DNA from: an uncultured Spirochaetota bacterium
Lineage (GTDB): Bacteria; Spirochaetota; Spirochaetia; SZUA-6; CAVTHK01
Length of the DNA: 64,000 nt
Reading direction: 5' to 3'
NCBI GenBank assembly: GCA_963734495.1
Contig: CAVTHK010000011.1
Coordinates: 576,001-640,000 of the forward strand
The notes under the pieces are model-generated. The model was not told the origin of the DNA and ran no database searches. It worked only from the letters and a program-made list of their open reading frames with translations. The position numbers were made by a program, and so were the translations under genes. Of the stretch, positions 60,797 to 64,000 are shown in pieces (the stretch's first letter is position 1; each line of letters begins with the position of its first letter).

Positions 60797-63031
60797 CCGT
60801 CGCTCCGACGCCATCCGCTCGATCAGGGGCACGGGGGCGAAGCGTTCGCCGAATCGGTCGGCATACTCGCGCAAGCGTGTCCCGGACGCGAATGATTCCG
60901 AGCTCGTCCGCGTAGCGCAGCAGGCCTCCCCTGAATGGCGGGAACCCGGTCCCGAGGATGAGCGCGAGGTCCAGCTCCTGCGTCGATGACACGATCCCTT
61001 CGTCCAGTGTCCGCGCCGCTTCGTTTACCATGCAAAGGAGGGGCCGCTGCACAATGTCCTGCTGCGACAGCTCCGGCCGCCGCGCGCCTCCATGGGATAC
61101 GCCCGAGGCCGCGGCGAGAATATCCTTCATCTGCGGGTTGGGGACGGTGCGCCTCGAGCCGTGGAGCGAGCCATCGAGCGAGCCATCGAGCGAGCCGTGC
61201 CCGAGCCGTGGAGATAGAAGCCCCTGCCGGTCTTCTTCCCCAGAAGATCCTTCCTCCCGGCCAGCGCGCCGAAGAGCCCGGCGAGCTCCATCCGGCTGCC
61301 GTAAGCCGCGCTCAGCACGCGGCCCACCTCGCGCGCGATGTCTATTCCGATCTCGTCCAGCAGCCGGAAGGGTCCCATGGGCATCCCGAAATCCGAGAGG
61401 AGCCTGTCCACCGCGAGGTAGCTGCACCCCTCGTCCGCGAGGCGCAGGCACTCGTTGAGGTACGGCACCAGCAACCTGTTGACCAGGAAGCCCGGGCAAT
61501 CGCGGACCACGATCGGCGTCTTGCCCAGCGCCACCGCGGCTGCGCACAGCGCGGCGACGGTCTGAGGGCTCGTGCGCGCGCCGGGGACAACCTCCACCAG
61601 CGGCATGATGTTGGGGGGATTGAAGAAGTGCATGCCCGCGAAGCGCTCCGGCCTTCGCAGCGCGCCCGCCATCTCCGTTATCGAGAGCGATGAGGTGTTG
61701 CTCGCGATGAGGGCATCCTCCGCCACCTCCTGCTCCACTTCGGCGAGCACCTTCCTCTTGACCACGGGACTTTCCACGACCGCCTCGACAACGAGCTCGG
61801 GGCTGCCGAGGCCGCGGTAGTCCACCGCGCCGGAGAGCCGGTGCATCTTGAGGTTGATCTCGCGGTCGTCGAAGCGCCGGCGCTTCCTGAGCTCCTGGTA
61901 GACCGCAAAGGCGGCCCCGTAGCCCTTGCGCACCGCCTCCCATTCAACGTCCTTCATCACCACGGGGATGTCGTAGCGCGTGAACAGCCAGGCGATCCTC
62001 CCGCCCATCACGCCGGCGCCGAGCACCGCCGCGCGCGAGACCCTCCGCGGACGCTCTCCAGCCGGAACCAGCGAAGCCCGCTTCGCCGCCTCGCGCGCGA
62101 AGAAGATGCGGATGAGGTTCCTGGCCACGGCCGTGGGGATGAGCCGGCTCACGGCCTCGCGCTCCACGGCCAGCGCTCTTGTCCGGCCTGCCCGCGTTGT
62201 GCGCCGGAGAACGCGCAGCGCCTCACGCAGCGCCGGGTAGTGCCTGCCTTCGCCTCGCTCGGCCTGCTTTCGCGCCGCGCGGAAGAGCAGGACGCGGCCG
62301 ACCGGTGTTCCCTCTGCCAGCCGGCGGGAGAGCGGTCGCCTGCGGCGGCGCGCGGCAGGCCGGCCCCGGGTTTTCACCGCCCGCTGCACGAACTCCGCGG
62401 TCTTTTCCTCCGCAAAAGCGGCGGGATAGCAGGCGTCGGCGAGGCCGGCCTTCTCCGCGTGCGGTCCGTCGAGCGGCCTGCCGGACAGGATCATCTGCAC
62501 GGCGCGAGCGAGGCCGACAGTCCTCGGCAGCCGGTACGTCCCGCCGAAGCCCGGGATGATCCCGAAGCCGGTCTCCGGAAGGCCCAGGCTCGTGCGCGGG
62601 TCGTCCGTCACGATGCGGTAGTCGCACGCGAGGGCCAGCTCGAGACCTCCTCCGAGCGCCGGCCCGTCGATCAGCGCTACAGTGGGAAACGGGAGATCTT
62701 CGAGCAGGTTGAGCACCTCCTGCCCCGCGCGGGATTTCTCGGCCGCCGTCGGGCCGTCGGTAATCGCTCCGATCTCGTTGAGGTCGGCCCCGGCTATGAA
62801 GCTCCCCGGTTTGCCGCTCTTCACGACGAGGCAGCGGATGTCCGTCCTGACCGCGACGGCGGAGAGGACGCTCCGGAGCTCCTCCATCACGCACTCGCGC
62901 AGCATGTTGAGCTTCTCGCCCGGCAGGTCCAGGGTGAGCTCCCCGACTCCGTCGCGGACCGTGAGCGCGAGGCTCGAAGCGAGCGCCTGCCGGCTGTCGG
63001 GCGGCCGCGCCTGTGAAAGGGCCTGGCTCAT
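60776..63031 (-). CDS. fadJ: Fatty-acid oxidation complex alpha subunit (enoyl-CoA hydratase / 3-hydroxyacyl-CoA dehydrogenase), frameshifted near 61200 and 60875
   Basis: [45 protein letters not shown] and PMGPF. The tail [10 protein letters not shown]...RFGERFAP is in shifted frames. Confidence 0.9.
61155..61213. repeat. Five-unit 12-bp tandem repeat inside fadJ; one unit is 11 bp
   Basis: CGAGCCGTGGAG CGAGCCATCGAG CGAGCCATCGAG CGAGCCGTGCC CGAGCCGTGGAG. Confidence 0.9.
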
Positions 63032-64000
63032 CAGGCGGCCTCCAGGAGCAGGGCGGCGCCCTGTCCGCCGCCAACGCACAGCGTGGCCAGCCCCGTGTTC
63101 CTGTTCAGGCGCCTGAGCTCCCGCAGGGTGTGGATCACGAGACGGGTGCCCGTCATCCCCACCGGGTGGCCGAGAGCGATCGCCCCGCCGGTGAGGTTCA
63201 TCCGCTCGCGGTCGAGCTCCCCGAGCCTGCGCTCCTTGCCCAGGAACTCCCGCGCGAAGGCATCCGAGCCGAAGGCGATCTCGCAGGCGATGACCTGAGC
63301 GGCGAAGGCCTCGTTGATCTCCACGTACTCGATGTCCTTGATCGATGCCCCGGTCCGGTCCAGCAGGAGGCTCGTGGAGTAAACCGGTCCCAGCCCCATG
63401 CGCCGGGGTTCCAGCGACGCGTACGCGAACTCCCGCAGGTAGCCCAGCGGCTGGATCCCGCGCGCCCTGGCGTCGCTCTCGGACATGAGCAGCACAGCGG
63501 CAGCGCCGTCGGTGATCTGCGAAGAGTTGCCGACCGTGACCGTCCCGTTGCGCCTGTCGAAATACGGCTTGAGCCTGGCCAGCGCCTCCGGAGTCTGGTT
63601 CTGCCGGGGGCCGTTGTCCTCGGTCGCAATGGCGTCGAACCGCGGGTACGTCGGGACCGGGACGATCTCGTCGCGCAGCGTGCCGTCCCGCTGGCCGGCG
63701 ACCGCACGCCTGTGGCTCAGAAGGGCGAACGCGTCCTGTTCCTCCCGCCGGATGTGGAACTCGCGCGCGAGTATCTCGGCGGTCATCCCCATGATCATGC
63801 CGCTCACCGGATCGGTGAGGCCCTGGGTCAGGGCCACCTGCGGGCGAAGCATGCCCGGCCGGAAGCCGAGGAGCGCCCTGGCCTTTTCCCTTGCGCCCTT
63901 GGCCCTGGCCAGCCGGCCCGCGAAATCCGCATACGCCTTCGGGAACAGGAGCGGGATCCCGCTCATGCTCTCCACGCCTCCGGCGATAAAGACCTTGCCG
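63031..64000 (-). CDS. Acetyl-CoA C-acyltransferase (thiolase, FadI/FadA-like), 5' end outside the window
   Basis: GGVESMS, NSSQITDGAA, EINEAFA, GGAIALGHP and CVGGGQG. Its stop overlaps the fadJ start (TGATG). Confidence 0.95.
   Translation of the reverse strand, partial: GKVFIAGGVESMSGIPLLFPKAYADFAGRLARAKGAREKARALLGFRPGMLRPQVALTQGLTDPVSGMIMGMTAEILAREFHIRREEQDAFALLSHRRAVAGQRDGTLRDEIVPVPTYPRFDAIATEDNGPRQNQTPEALARLKPYFDRRNGTVTVGNSSQITDGAAAVLLMSESDARARGIQPLGYLREFAYASLEPRRMGLGPVYSTSLLLDRTGASIKDIEYVEINEAFAAQVIACEIAFGSDAFAREFLGKERRLGELDRERMNLTGGAIALGHPVGMTGTRLVIHTLRELRRLNRNTGLATLCVGGGQGAALLLEAA

Noticed and set aside
57943-60915. 990-aa ABC ATPase fusion
   Set aside because: The extension is an off-frame reading of the acyl-CoA dehydrogenase gene and has no domain content.

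Overview
This is a very GC-rich bacterial chromosomal segment, probably from a free-living Spirochaetia (inferred from 'FASGGGEK'/'AFAGGAKE'-type binding-protein N-termini and a FlgD-Ig-repeat/OmpA surface protein). It is mostly accessory metabolism: three ABC importers (sugar, LplABC-type and Dpp/Opp-type), sugar isomerases and oxidoreductases, an ADP-ribosylglycohydrolase operon, a sigma-54 two-component system with a clear -24/-12 promoter, AlkZ- and AlkD-like glycosylases, and a beta-oxidation cluster. I saw no rRNA, tRNA, CRISPR array, integrase or transposase. The best novel candidate is a lower-GC, overlapping three-gene cassette at 48698-49793: a stand-alone Tse2-like ADP-ribosyltransferase-fold toxin (R-S-H motif set, apparently leaderless), a small acidic helical partner and an unknown beta-rich protein. 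It is a candidate toxin-antitoxin or anti-phage module. The window also holds several gene remnants (ester cyclase, GYD, GntR FCD, discoidin-like fragment), a CsrA-like GGA repeat leader, a helically phased repeat array and a 12-bp tandem repeat that frameshifts fadJ. Many single-base frameshifts (35.8 kb, 50.9-54.9 kb, 59-61 kb) may be assembly errors. All family calls come from motif recognition by eye, not database searches.
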